Part shown: piece by piece, positions 1-13,115 of the stretch
Layout: every line of letters starts with the position of its first letter
Numbering within the stretch: position 1 is the stretch's first letter
DNA from: Octopus vulgaris
Taxonomy: Eukaryota
NCBI GenBank assembly: GCA_951406725.2
Contig: OX597814.1
Coordinates: 28,024,001 to 28,088,000 of the forward strand
Direction: 5' to 3'
DNA: 64,000 nt
Translations under genes and position numbers: made by a program
Notes under the pieces: model-generated
Databases searched by the model: none
What the model was told of the DNA's origin: nothing
Seen by the model: the letters and a program-made list of their open reading frames with translations, nothing else

Positions 1-170
1 TTAAGTCGATTATATCGACCCCAGTGCGTAACTGGTACTTAATTTATCGACCCCGAAAGGATGAAAGGCAAAGTCGACCTCGGTGGAATTTGAACTCAGA
101 ACGTAACGGCAGGCGAAATACGGCTACGCATTTCGCCCGGTGTGCTAACGTTTCTGCCAGCTCGCCGCCT
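1..170 (-). mobile_element. SINE family B copy, cut by window edge
   Basis: Reverse complement of the recurring unit aaggcggcgagctggcagaaacgttagcac...gagttcaaattcc...gcctttcatcctttcggggtcgataaattaagtaccag; about 16 copies in the window. Confidence 0.85.
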
Positions 171-1732
171 TTTTACTCCATATTTCTTATACATCCGTAT
201 GACTAAACTGGTTTAAATAAAGGTGGGTAAATATTTACATCTTTAAAGGGTTTACTTTCTTGCGATACTTTATTAAATGGTTATGAATGAAGGCTTTTGT
301 TTTTAAGGATTCCCAGATTTAACACTATTACTTGACCTTTAAGGTGACTTGTGCAAAGACCATTCTCTTGCAAGTACTTGTGCCAACAATCTCAGGATAA
401 CTTCTCTTCTGCCTCACTTCCACACACAGATCTTGGAAGCCTTTAAAAAAATCATGGGCGCGGTTTTTTTTCCTCTGACTAAACCATGAAAAGAAGAAAG
501 AAAAAAAAAATGAACGCAAATGTTTATTCCCAGTTCAGAGGCTTGAGGGTACGGTTTGTGTTTGTCATTCTGTTATTCCTGTATTCTGTTCACTGCTTAA
601 GAAGTTGTATTTAACGAGCAACAGTTGGCCGTTTTATATAAAGTCAATCAAATATTTACACTTTAATGAGCTTTCACTGCCTTAACTGCTAAAAGGATTA
701 ACACAAAATGTTTCCATATCATCTCTTTAGTCCGTTGTTGTTGTTTTTTTTCTCTTTGTGAAGAAAAAAAGCAATAAAATAAAACGATTCTTAATATTAT
801 GAGATTTAACATATTTATTTATTATTAAAGAGGTGTATGGTTTTGACAGCAATTATTTACATAATATTTTCTGAAACCAAGCATGTATTTAAATATTTGT
901 ATCTGTCTGTGAATGTATTAGGTATATTTATGTCTACACGATTGTACGTCTTTGTTCCCGCGTGTATATGTGTATCTGACTGTGGGTCTGTAGAGCTGGG
1001 ACCAGTTTGTATTCGTGTCTGTGTGAATATTTATTTTCAGACTCAATGCAAACACATAAATATTTATCCTCTTGACAACTGATACAATTAGGTAGAAAAT
1101 CTTAAGCAGATTTCAGAAGCGAGTCGACCTTGTAAGGAATGTATGAGTCTATCGTCTACTAACTGTCTTACACTCCTTCTACCTTCATCTCTTTCTTTCT
1201 TTCTTTCTTTCTTTCTATGTTTTCCCTCCTTTTTTCTCACTGGCTTTCGTCCTCTCCCTCTTTTTCTCTCTCAATATCTTCTCATTTTCTTTCTTCTTTC
1301 CTTGTTCCATGTTCACTCATACAAAACTTTCCCCCATAACCCATTTTCTTCTTTTTGTACTTTTTATCCTTCTTTGCCCTCTTTTCTTCCTCTTTTTGAC
1401 CTTATCTAATCCCTCACTCTTTCAATTTCTCTTACTCTCCTCCCACCACTTCTTTCACTATTACCACTCCCCCAACACCGCCCAAACCATTTCTCCAACC
1501 TGTCCTTCTTTTCTTTCCTCACCACCTTTCTCTATTCTTATTCTTTCCTTTTTCCTTTCTCTTCCCTCTCATTCTCTCTCTCTGTCCTTTTACATTTCCC
1601 TCTCCACTTTCAGCCAACCAGCCATTTTTGTCTGCTACTTTGCCAGCCAAGCTTAACTGCGAAGCAGGTTCAGACACGCCGCTGTTAGGTAAGTGGTTGG
1701 TCTGGATGCACACAGTTGTTTTATATATACAC

Positions 1733-1805
1733 GTACATACATACATACATACATACATACATACATAAACACATACATACATACATACATACATACATAC
1801 ATACA

Positions 1806-1874
<69 letters not shown>

Positions 1875-2112
1875 TTATTTATGTGTGTGTGTTTATATAT
1901 ATATATAATATATATATATATATACATATAAATGTATATATATATATATATACATTTATATATATATATATATACATTTATATATATATACATATATATA
2001 TATATACATTTATATACATATAAATGTATATATATATATATACACATTTATATGTGTGTGTTTATATATATATATATGTTTTATATATCTGTATATACAT
2101 GTATATATATAC

Positions 2113-2187
<75 letters not shown>

Positions 2188-2346
2188 TATATATACATAT
2201 ATATACAGATACATATATATATATATATATATACACATATATATACAGATACATATATATATATATATATATAAATACATATATATATATATGTGTGTGT
2301 GTGTATATGTATATATATATATAAATATATATGTATATATATATAT
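1733..2346. repeat. (CATA)n/(TA)n compound microsatellite
   Basis: Directly visible; explains the YIYI/MYVC ORFs. Confidence 0.97.
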
Positions 2347-2349
2347 TAA

Positions 2350-2484
2350 GGTATGTAGAAAAATACAACATGGACAAGAACGTATAACTCTTAGAAGACG
2401 ATACAATAAACACGGACAGGACATTCGAAACCCTCAGTCTTCAGTCAAGAACCGGATCATCGTAGTAATTTCGGCTGATTAATC
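2350..2484 (-). repeat. Dispersed repeat, second copy at ~35860-36140 (+); possibly a Penelope pLTR fragment
   Basis: attaatcagccgaaatt..gatgatccggttcttgactgaaga..ttcgaatg shared between the two loci; both abut microsatellites. Confidence 0.6.
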
Positions 2485-2610
2485 TTATATATATATATGT
2501 ATACATATATATATATATATATATATATAAATATATATGTATATATGTATACATATGTTTATATGTTATGTATATATGTATGTATATGTGATTAATTCTC
2601 TCCCTCTCTC

Positions 2611-2643
<33 letters not shown>

Positions 2644-2708
2644 GTGTATGTACAGCGAGAGAGATAGAGCGGGGAACAGAGACAGAGAAAGCGAGACAAA
2701 GAAAGTAG

Positions 2709-2742
<34 letters not shown>

Positions 2743-3089
2743 ATATCAAGAATTATACAGTATGATGATTCGTCTTTTGTTCCTCTTGAGGTGGCCTAAC
2801 GCGGAAATATAAACTACTTCTTGCCTCGTCAGCCTTCTATGGTTTGTACTGTCTGTCAGGCTATTTTTATTTGGGGCTGCTGCTGCTGCTGTTGCTCTTG
2901 TTTTCCACATCACAGATGTGTTACTATTCTTCAAGGGGGTGGCCTAGAAAGTCGAGTGCTCTACAGCTTATAGGTAAACAGCTGTTCCAGAAAGAAAGGT
3001 CTATGATACAGCAGCAGCAGTAGTATTAGTATTAGTATTAGTATTAGTAGTTGTTGTTATTTAACACCAGGTCAGCTCTAATTTACGTG

Positions 3090-3125
<36 letters not shown>

Positions 3126-3128
<3 letters not shown>

Positions 3129-3348
3129 CGGAGTAAACACATAAATGTGAAACAAGGTGGAAAAAAGAGTACTCAAATACCAGTGGTAGAGTAATATGCT
3201 TTATTTTAAGCAGCAGAAAAATCAACAAAATCTGTTACTCTGAGTTTCTCGTTGCCGTTCATCAGACAGTGCAAAAACTGTCTGATGAACGGCAACGAGA
3301 AACTCAGAGTAACAGATTTTGTTGATTTTTCTGCTGCTTAAAATAAAG
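3126..3348. mobile_element. Penelope-type pLTR fragment with inverted copy (perfect 72-bp-arm hairpin)
   Basis: 3199-3270 is the exact reverse complement of 3277-3348, loop gcaaaa; flanked by (TA)n; contains a minimal hammerhead. Confidence 0.75.
3278..3315 (+). ncRNA. Minimal type I hammerhead ribozyme motif (mirror copy 3232-3269 on minus)
   Basis: ctgt-CTGATGA-a cg gcaa cg a-GAAA-ctc a gag-TA-acag; GUA triplet. Confidence 0.7.
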
Positions 3349-3477
3349 TATATATATATATATATATATAAGCAAAATAAAATTTTAATCACCTTACTTT
3401 GAAATTGTATGGATAATACCATACTAAATTCTGGTGCCTCAACTTAAGTACCATATTCATCTGAATGTATGTATGTA

Positions 3478-3551
<74 letters not shown>

Positions 3552-3553
3552 TA

Positions 3554-3770
3554 TATTTCTTTACTGCCTACAAGGGGCTGAACACAGAGGAGACAAACAA
3601 GGACAAACACGGATTAAGTCGATTACATCGACCCCAGTGCGTAACTGGTACTTAATTTATCGACCCCGAAAGGATGAAAGGCAAAGTTGACCTCGGCGGA
3701 ATTTGAACTCAGAACGTAACGGCAGACGAAATACGGCTACGCATTTCGCCCTGCGTGCTAACGATTCTGA
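3554..3770 (-). mobile_element. SINE family B copy
   Basis: Matches other family B copies. Confidence 0.85.
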
Positions 3771-4019
3771 TATACATACATACATACATATATATATATA
3801 CATATAGATATATATATATCTACCTGATAATTTCTTGTTAAGTTTTCCTTATTAAGAAGTTGTCCTTAATTGCTAAATTTTTATCCCGAAATGCAATTCG
3901 TAAAAGTCTGCCATTTACCGGATGTAATATATGTAAACTCACCCATGTGCTTCGTTGATGTTGATCAGTTAGCTGCTCGGCTTAGACGAGGTAGGGTCGT
4001 TTATTTATGATACGTTCAA

Positions 4020-4064
4020 GCTTGCTGATGAATACAGAGGTATGAAATCACAGGTGATACAAGT
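4020..4064 (+). ncRNA. Type I hammerhead ribozyme motif
   Basis: cttg-CTGATGA-atac agag gtat-GAAA-tcac ag gtga-TA-caag; three paired helices, intact core, AUA triplet. Confidence 0.8.
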
Positions 4065-4192
4065 CTATATTTTTAAATGTCTTACTTTGAAAAATTGCAT
4101 TCGGTGGGATTAGTAAAATTTTTGGTAGAAATGACTAATTGGCCCTCTTAGCGTGTGGCATGTATGTATAATAATGCCCTCTATATATAAAT

Positions 4193-4241
<49 letters not shown>

Positions 4242-4296
4242 CGGGAAGCTTTATGAAAATAGACAAAAGACGAAGGCAGGTGGAAAACAAACAAAC

Positions 4297-4343
<47 letters not shown>

Positions 4344-4418
4344 CATACATATATACATACATACATACATACATACATACATACATACATACATACATAC
4401 ATACATACATACATACAT

Positions 4419-4452
<34 letters not shown>

Positions 4453-4898
4453 CATATGTATAAGGATTGAGGTGTAGGAAGAAAGTTAGCCTCAAGCAAT
4501 CCGTAGTAAATATAAAAACACAACTTTCAGGGACAATAGTGGTTTATTGAGGTGGAAAGTTGTGGATTTTTTTTTTCTTTTTCGTATCGGAGTACGATAA
4601 ACTGAAAAAAGTTCTTTTTATATTTCGCGGTAGTCGACCAGGGTTGCCGGGTGTGCGAATAGGAATTACAAGAGTTATGGAATTGAGTAGATAAGATCCG
4701 GGCTACATATGCTTCATAGCGAGCAGAGCCTTGGAAGTGGTGAATATCCAAGCGAGTTGTATACCGCAAGCTACTCTTCAGGCCAATGATATCTTGATTA
4801 AATGATAGTTTATATTGTCGCAAGGAGGTACATGTTAACACATGGAAGATTCAATCAGAATGTGTAGAGAGCACAATAGGAGTGGAGAATATATATAT

Positions 4899-5248
4899 TA
4901 CTCTTTTACTCTTTTACTTTTTTACTTGTTTCAGTCATTTGACTGCTGCCATGCTGGAGCACCGCCTTTAGTCGAGCAACTCGACCCCGGGACTTATTTT
5001 TTTGTAAGCCCAGTACTTATTCTATCGGTCTCTTTTTGCCGAACCGCTAAGTGACGGGGACGTAAACGCACCAGTATCGGTTGTCAAGCAATGCTAGGGG
5101 GACAAACACAGACGCACAAACACACACACACATATATATATATACATATATATACGACAGGCTTCTTTCAGTTTCCGTCTACCAAATCCACTCACAAGGC
5201 ATTGGTTGGCCCGGGGCTATAGCAGAAGACACTTGCCCAAGATGCCAC
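4899..5248 (-). mobile_element. SINE family A copy, 5'-truncated
   Basis: Matches other family A copies; (agagtaaa)n tail. Confidence 0.9.
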
Positions 5249-5487
5249 AAAATGGCAGATCGTTAGTAAGGAGAGACACAAAAAAGAAAGAGGAAAGCAA
5301 AGGACCACTGATGATGTGACGAAAGAACTCTGGCCGAAACACAATTTGTTAATTGTTATAGAATAAAGCTTAAGCAAGTGAACACCAAATATATAGTGCG
5401 TATGCTTTTATTGGCTAAACTGGCAACATGACCATCCCCAAATACAATTTCACAAGATTCTTCTCTTGCAAAACGAATATATAAACG

Positions 5488-5562
<75 letters not shown>

Positions 5563-5700
5563 TACGGAGATGTACTTGCATAGCAAGTGACCTGATCCGA
5601 GATCGTGTGCTGAAACGAAAACAGTTGCAGCATGGAAGGTGTTTATAAGCCATTTAAAACACACAAAAACCGTTAGATTCACTTCAACATTTAGATTTAA

Positions 5701-5752
5701 TTTGCCAAAATATTTTCGTCGCTTTGAGACCGCGACCTGTTCACTGACAAAA
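5701..5752 (-). ncRNA. Minimal hammerhead-like motif with swapped G3-C8 core pair
   Basis: Minus strand: tttgtca-GTGAACA-g gtcgc ggtctcaaa gcgac-GAAA-atat-TT-tggcaaa; 19-bp inverted arms at 5739-5757 and 5768-5786. Confidence 0.55.
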
Positions 5753-5989
5753 TTCCGTCATGCAGCGCGGAATTTTGTCAGTGAACTATGCAGAAGCAGC
5801 CATAGTTGAAACAAGAACAACAAGCATTTTTAAAAGAGAAAAGAAGCATGGTCATTCCTTACCCAAGTGACCTTATCTTATCGCCCATCACTTATGCACT
5901 TATAAATTATTTTGATAATTGAACTCTGGTTGGCTGTATGCAAATGAGTTCATAACTGGGATTCGGAACTCTCGTGGGAAAAAAAAATT

Positions 5990-6185
5990 TCGCTGGTGGG
6001 ACGTTGGTCCGTCGCAGGTGGGCTACAAGATGCAGGAGGAAAGAGCGAGAAAAAGTTGTGGCGAAGGAGTCAGCAGAAGTTCGCCACTACCTTCTGCCGA
6101 AGCCGTATGGAGCTTAGGTGTTTCGCTCATGAACACACACATTGCCCAGTCTGAGATTCGAACCCGCGATTCCTCAACTGCCTGT
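5990..6185 (-). mobile_element. Degenerate SINE family C copy
   Basis: Similar to 43976-44366 (ggagcttaggtgtttcgctca..attcgaacccgcgat). Confidence 0.65.
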
Positions 6186-6462
6186 CCGCTGGGATCTAGT
6201 TTTTTTTTCATTCGCAAATTATGCATTTTTTAAAAGGAAGTAAAAAATCTGAAAATCGGTTATAATAAAGTATCCTTCCAGTCTCATTGCTGTGAAGGTA
6301 TGATGTGGAGAAAAAAAATGGAGTAAAAAGTTAGAGGTTTAAAAATCGACAAAACTGTGTATTTATTGCTAATAGCGAGACAGAAATTTTCTGCGATTAG
6401 CGGAACGGTGTCACCTTTAAGATTGTACCCTGTGAAATATTTGAAATGAAAAATATATAAAA

Positions 6463-6856
6463 CTAGCAGTATCGCCCGGCGTTGCTCGGGTTTGTAAGGG
6501 AAATAACTATACAGCATTTTTAGAGAGTTATAGCCAAAAAAATAGCAAAAAATGCATTAAAAATGGAAAAAATATGATGGTAAATTTTTTTTTAAATCGT
6601 TGACTCATCGTAGACATTTTTAGAGAGTTACTTCCCTTTAAAAAAATATGCATGAAAATGGAAAAAAATGATGTTAAATTATTTTTAAAATCGTAGACTC
6701 ATCGTAGACGCGCGCTAATACACAGAAGGGCTCGATATGAATCACGACTATAAGATACCCGGTTTTGGTTAAACTGCACCGCAAAATGTGGGAGTAGTTA
6801 GGAATCTAAATCGAAGGGGACAGACACTCACACAACTACAGTTTTATATATAAAGA
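6463..6856 (-). mobile_element. Non-autonomous Helitron
   Basis: Minus strand begins A|TC, ends cccgagcaacgccggg hairpin + CTAG|T; second copy at 32017-32530. Confidence 0.85.
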
Positions 6857-7291
6857 TTACTAACACACAGAAGCACAGAAAAATATGTAATATACTAACA
6901 CACAGAAAAATTAAAACAAAACACGCAGGTGAAAAGAATCTCGTGGTGTGAAGGATCAAGTGTGAAGAATCAACATAGACAACAGCGGCACAGACAACAG
7001 TGAACCACAACACAGCATGCGGTTGTCACGGTAACGAGATGCTAATGCCACGCTGTCTGTTGACTGGCTAAAATTACCCGAATTTCCACACTTTAATCCC
7101 AAGTAACATCAGATTCTTTAATTTACGAGATAACGTAAATTGGTTGATCGTTATTGAAATTCAGAGTTGTATCGATACACCAAAATAGAAAGCTATGTGA
7201 GCAAAATTAAGTGGGGGGGGGGGGGCTCATTTTGCGAATGAGAAACACTAGATCCGTCCGCTGCTCTAACCACTTTGCCATGTGCCTCCAC

Positions 7292-7322
<31 letters not shown>

Positions 7323-7496
7323 CATACACAAAAATGTATACACTCGTCTATACACATTAACACACACACACTCGCGCACGCACACACACACAAAAACAAA
7401 CACACACGCACAGATATCTTCAAATCTCCACAAAAATATACTCTGTGTTTAAATCCTATAAATTCATTCTATTTGTCGATGATACTTAAAATTTAG

Positions 7497-7731
7497 TAAG
7501 GCGGCGAGCTGGCCACAATCGTTAGCACGCCGGCCGGAATACTTAGCGGTATTTCGGCTGCCGTTACGTTCTGAGTTCAAATTCCGCCGAGGTAGACTTT
7601 GCCTTTCATCCCTTCGGGGCCGATTAAATAAGTACCAGTTAGGCACTGGAGTCGATGTAATCGACTTAATCGCTTTGTCTGTCCTTGTTTGTCCTCTATG
7701 TGTTTAACTTCCTGTGGGCAATAAAGAAATA
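7497..7731 (+). mobile_element. SINE family B, full length, 16-bp TSD
   Basis: gatacttaaaatttag at 7481-7496 and 7732-7747. Confidence 0.92.
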
Positions 7732-8319
7732 GATACTTAAAATTTAGGGAAGTATTCTTTACATCGTTGTTTGAACTATCTCTAATGTTATCACTAAAAG
7801 TCTTTTTAAAAATAGGCATGACCACCACAGTTTCCTATTTCCTCTTCTATCTATCTGTCTATCTGTCTGCCTGCCTGTCTGTGTGTGTGTGTGTGTGTGT
7901 GTGTACTGGTTTCATACGCATGTTAAGAAGCTATTCATTTAATCTAGTTTCGTATGGCTGGTTTACAAGTAACACTAACAACCACACACACTCAAATCAG
8001 CTACGTTGCTTCCTATTTCCTATTATTCAGAGCCACAACAATTCATATCTGAGGGAGGTAGACCAGAATGACCTAGTGTGACCTGATTGTCACGTTCACC
8101 GAAAGCAATGTTGAATCGGCTAAACAAAAAAAAAAATTATTTCTTTTTCCTGAGAGCGTGGGTTAACAAAGAAGAATATATAACAAAGGCGAAAGAAATT
8201 TTACAGGTTAACGTCCAAACAAAAACAATAATATCCTGTGTCAGTCCTCTGTATTTTGAACGCAAGCTGGTATTTTCAAACTGAAATCTATATTTGTCTT
8301 CATACTGAGTTATTTTTGT

Positions 8320-8990
8320 CCTATTGTTCTCGTTACAGTCATTCGACTGCGGCCACACTGGAGCACCGCCTTGAAAGGTTTTAGTGGAACTAATCGACCC
8401 CAGGACTTATTTCTTATGCCTAGTACTTATTCTCTCGGCCTCTTTTGCCGAACCGCTAAGTTACGGGAACGTATACACACCAACACCTATTTCTTTACTA
8501 CCCACAAGGGGCTAAACACAGAGGGGACAAACAAGGTCAGACAAACGGATTAAGTCCATTACACCGACTCCTGTGCGTAACTGGTACTTAATTTATCGAC
8601 CCCGAAAGGATGAAAGGCAAAGTCGACCTCGGCGGAATTTGAACTCAGAACGTAGCGGCAGACGAAATACTTCTAAGCATTTCGCCCGGCGTGCTAACGT
8701 TTCTGCCAGCTCGCCGCCTTCAACACACCAACACCGGTTGTCAACTGGTGATGGTGTGGTCGGGGACAAATACAGACACAAAGACACACACACACACTCA
8801 CATAGATTTATACATACACACACATATATGGCGGGCTTCTTAGTTTCTGTCTACAAAACCTACTCACAAGGGTTTGGTCGGCCCGATACTAGAGTAGAAG
8901 ACATTTGCGCAAGGTGCCACGCAGTGAAATTGAACCCGGAGCCATGTGTTTGGGAAGCAGGCTTCTTACCACACAGCCACGCTTTTGCAT
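8320..8990 (-). mobile_element. Older SINE A with nested SINE B (~8488-8720)
   Basis: Family A homology resumes after B; acacaccaacacc duplicated on both sides of B. Confidence 0.85.
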
Positions 8991-9081
8991 AAATATTGTA
9001 ACTCGGGTTGAAAATGCACAGGTAATCTGACATTCATTGATACGGAAACTTTTACTTATTCTTTATAATACAGGTCAAACG

Positions 9082-9407
9082 TAAGGCGGAGAACTAGCAG
9101 AAACGTTAGCACACCGGGCGAAATGCTTAGCGGTATTTCGTCCGCCGTTACGTTGTGAGTTCGAATTCCGCCGAGGTCGATTTTGCCTTTCATCCTTTCG
9201 GGGTCGATAAATTAAGTACCAGTTACGCACTGGCGTCGATGTAATCGACTTAATACCTATGTCTGTGCTTGTTTGTCCCCTCTGTGTTTAGCCCCTTGTG
9301 GGTAGTAAAGAAATAGGTATTTCGTTTGTCGATACGTTCTGAGTTCAAATTCCGCCGAGGTCGGCTTTGCCTTTCATCCTTTCGGAGTCGATAAATTAAG
9401 TACCAGT

Positions 9408-9447
<40 letters not shown>

Positions 9448-9680
9448 TCGTGTGTCTGTGTTTGTACCCCCCCCCCCACGAAGCAGCGCTTGACAACCAA
9501 AGTTGGTGTGTTTACGTCACCGTAACTTAGCGGTTCGGCAAAAGAGACCGATAGAATATAATAGTACTAGGTTTACAAAAGAATAAGTCCTGGAGTCGAT
9601 TTGTTTGACTGAAGGCGGTGCTCCAGCATGGCCGCAGTCAAAACGACTGAAACAAGTACACGAATAAGAGAATAAAAGTA
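9082..9680 (+). mobile_element. SINE B tandem (1.5 units) followed by 3' half of SINE A
   Basis: Junction aaagaaatag|gtatttcg near 9316; A-type 3' half after the (TG)n. Confidence 0.8.
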
Positions 9681-10290
9681 CTCGGATCGAGTCGTTCGAC
9701 AAAACCGTTCAATTACGATACCCCCAGCATGGCCGTAGTCCAATGACTGAAACAAGCAATGGATAAAAGTACGTGAAGACACATGGCCTGTTCTGATAGG
9801 TATTCGGTTAGTGAACGTGGGTTCGTTCACTTCTCGAACCGAATAGCGCATAGTGTCTTTTGAACAGCGCATTTCATTTTACGCTGTTACGGTGAGTGCC
9901 AGGGGAGATAGAAAGTAAGAAGTGTTTATTGGAGGAGAAGTCAACCATGCGAGACAGTTACCAAGGAAACCGTCACTTTTCAAAGGAAAAAAATACCGAA
10001 CGTGAAAAAAAAAAAAAATGAACGAGTCGTATGGTTACCTGTCTTTTATCTTTTGCTTTCGGTTATCCTTTATCTTTTATGCTTTACTTGTATCAATCAT
10101 TGGACTGTGGCCATGCTGGGGCACCACCTTGAAGGGTTTAGTCGAATAAATCGACCCCAGAACTAACTTCTAAGGCACGGGGACGTAAACAAACCACACC
10201 GGTTGCCAAGTGGTGGTAGGGCATACACACACAGACACACACTCACACACAGTACATATTACACTCATACATCTCTCTCTCTCTCTCTCC

Positions 10291-10417
<127 letters not shown>

Positions 10418-10493
10418 AGTATATTTGCCATTTAAATATGGCTAACCCCTACAGGTGGATGCTATTGTAGTTTGTAGCCCCAGGAGGACACCT

Positions 10494-10565
<72 letters not shown>

Positions 10566-11155
10566 ACATACATACATACATACATACATACATACATACA
10601 TACATACATACATACATACATACATACATACAATCTGCCTACCAAATCCACTCGCAAGACATTGTGTAGAAGATACTTGCCCAAGGTACGGTGCAGTAGG
10701 ACTGATCCCAAGACCCCCATGATCGAGAAGCAAATTTCTTAACCACACAGCCACGTCTCCGCATAATTTGAGATAAGATCACAGAACACAGATTTCATAA
10801 CTGAATTTTAATTCCCACTGGATTCTGAAACGTAAAGGTATGTAATTAAATACTTGAAGCTAATTAGGTTAACGACCAACTGATTGTGACAGGCTCTATC
10901 CATGGAGAGACGTCGACCTTAGGAATGGCATGAATGCCACAGTTACTATTACCATTTAGTTTGTACCTAAACGACTCCGGTTTGGTGGTTACTCAAAGCG
11001 GAGTCCCATCCTTTGTCCGACATTCCTCTGCGATAGGAAGTCTTTACAGGAAGAGCGCACGGTGCTGAATTTGTGTACACGTGTGTGTGAGTGTGTGTGT
11101 GCATGTGTGTGTGTGTGTGTGAGGCGAATAAATTATGTATGTATGTATGTATGTA

Positions 11156-11191
<36 letters not shown>

Positions 11192-11356
11192 TATATGTAT
11201 GTATGTATGAATTATGTATGCATGTACGCATGTATATGTATATAGAAATGTATATATATAGATATATATGTAAATAAATTAGTATTTATACACATACATA
11301 CACACACACATATATATATAATATATATATATATATATGTATGTTATGTATATATA

Positions 11357-11387
<31 letters not shown>

Positions 11388-11687
11388 GGCATACACCTAT
11401 ATAAGTTTATAGATGGCGATGACGATAGCATTAGACAATGTCAGTGATGTTTGGTCGATTTTTTATAGACCATCCCACTTCTATAAATATGTGGCCTTGT
11501 GCCAATGTAAGAATTATTCATTACTGTTTACAGTCAATGTAACATTTAAGGACGGGAGCGACGAGTTTGTCCGCCGCACCTCGGCAGTCAAAACCCACGC
11601 CTCGCCGCCACATTTACCGTTCGATGAACAATGTTGGATCGCCCGATTTTGGGATTACTTAGTTACTTTTTGGAGTTAAAAATCAGT

Positions 11688-11908
11688 TACTCTTTACTAT
11701 TTTACTTGTTTTTAGTCATTTGACTGCGGCTATGCTGGAGCACCGCCTTTAGTCAAGCAAATCGACCCCGGGACTTATTCTTTTTGTAAGCCCAGTACTT
11801 ATTCTATCGGTCTCTTTTGCCGAACCGCTAAGTGACGGGGACGTAAACACACCAGCATCGGTTGTCAAGCAATGCTAGGGGAACAAACACAGACACACAA
11901 ACACACAC

Positions 11909-11962
<54 letters not shown>

Positions 11963-12117
11963 GACAGGCTTCTTTCAGTTTCCGTCTACCAAATGCACTC
12001 ACAAGGCATTGGTCGTCCCGGGGCTATAGCAGAAGAGACTTGCCCAAGATGCCACGCAGTGGGACTGAACCCGGAACCATGTTGTTGGTTAGCAAGCTAC
12101 TTACCACACAGCCACTC
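11688..12117 (-). mobile_element. SINE family A copy
   Basis: A box tggctgtgtgg, B box ggttcagtccc, cttgggcaagt CORE-like motif, internal TA/TG microsatellite. Confidence 0.9.
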
Positions 12118-12410
12118 ATACAAATTCGTATAACCGTTAGATTTTAGTACCGCGCAGTATGTGTTCCAACTCTCTTCGTTCAGAGATCGAATGCTACTGC
12201 GCTCAGCTTTGCTTTTCGTTCTTTCTGGGTCAATCAATAAAAGATATCAATCAAACACGTTTGCTTGACAGCAGTGTATAAAAATCACAACCTGATGTCT
12301 TCTGGGTTACTTGCGTGGTCGGCTTAGTCCGGTGTCCAGTTTAATGCCACCATCTGGCAATATCGGTGAACTGCCCGGTCTAAAGAGAAACTCAGAGAAG
12401 ACCGTCAATT

Positions 12411-12481
<71 letters not shown>

Positions 12482-12485
<4 letters not shown>

Positions 12486-12624
12486 GGCGTAGGTAGAGTG
12501 TGTGCCCCTCCCCCCGCCTGGACCGTACACAAAGCGCATATTACCTACAGCAGACCCAAAAGTACCGCCCCTTTAAAAGTGCTGCCCGGGCAGATCGGCC
12601 CTACCATCCCCTAGCTACGCTAGC

Positions 12625-12625
<1 letters not shown>
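12482..12625. mobile_element. Small hAT-like MITE
   Basis: Imperfect TIRs cactggcgtaggtag / ctagctacgctagcg. Confidence 0.55.
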
Positions 12626-12685
<60 letters not shown>

Positions 12686-13115
12686 GCACCTGTATTTCAA
12701 AGTGTTAGCCTTGGCACACTCTGTGTCACGCTGAATCTTCCTGAGAACTAACTACGTTAAAAGTACACGTATTTGTGGGGTGCTCAATCACGTGCACGTT
12801 TATTTCATGAGCAAACTGTTCCGTTGACCAGATCAACTAGAACCATTGTCGTCATGACCGACAGAGTCCCAGTTATATATTATATTATATCCAACATTGT
12901 TCATCGAACGGTAAATGTGGCGGCGAGGCGTGGGCTTTGACTGCCGAGGTGCGGCGGACAAACTCGTCGCTCCCGTCCTTAAATGTTACATTGACTGTAA
13001 ACAGTAATGAATAATTCTTACATTGGCACAAGGCCACATATTTATAGAAGTGGGATGGTCTATAAAAAATCGACCAAACATCACTGACATTGTCTAATGC
13101 TATCGTCATCTTTTT

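Larger units (their letters stand above)
11418..13110. repeat. 222-bp inverted repeat pair (11418-11639 and 12889-13110)
   Basis: Reverse complements with one visible mismatch; the same peptide appears in ORFs on opposite strands. Confidence 0.93.

Noticed and set aside
328-519. Possible minus-strand exon (ttttaaag|GCTTCC..)
   Set aside because: No recognisable protein, no convincing donor site or partner exons
2746-2945. Possible minus-strand exon with a short poly-Ala
   Set aside because: No homology recognised; short and unsupported
4527-4841. 104-aa ORF, perhaps a retroelement N-terminal fragment
   Set aside because: No diagnostic motif
5305-5340. CTGATGA-tgtgac-GAAA hammerhead candidate
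   Set aside because: Helix II too short and two alternative GAAA registers; ambiguous
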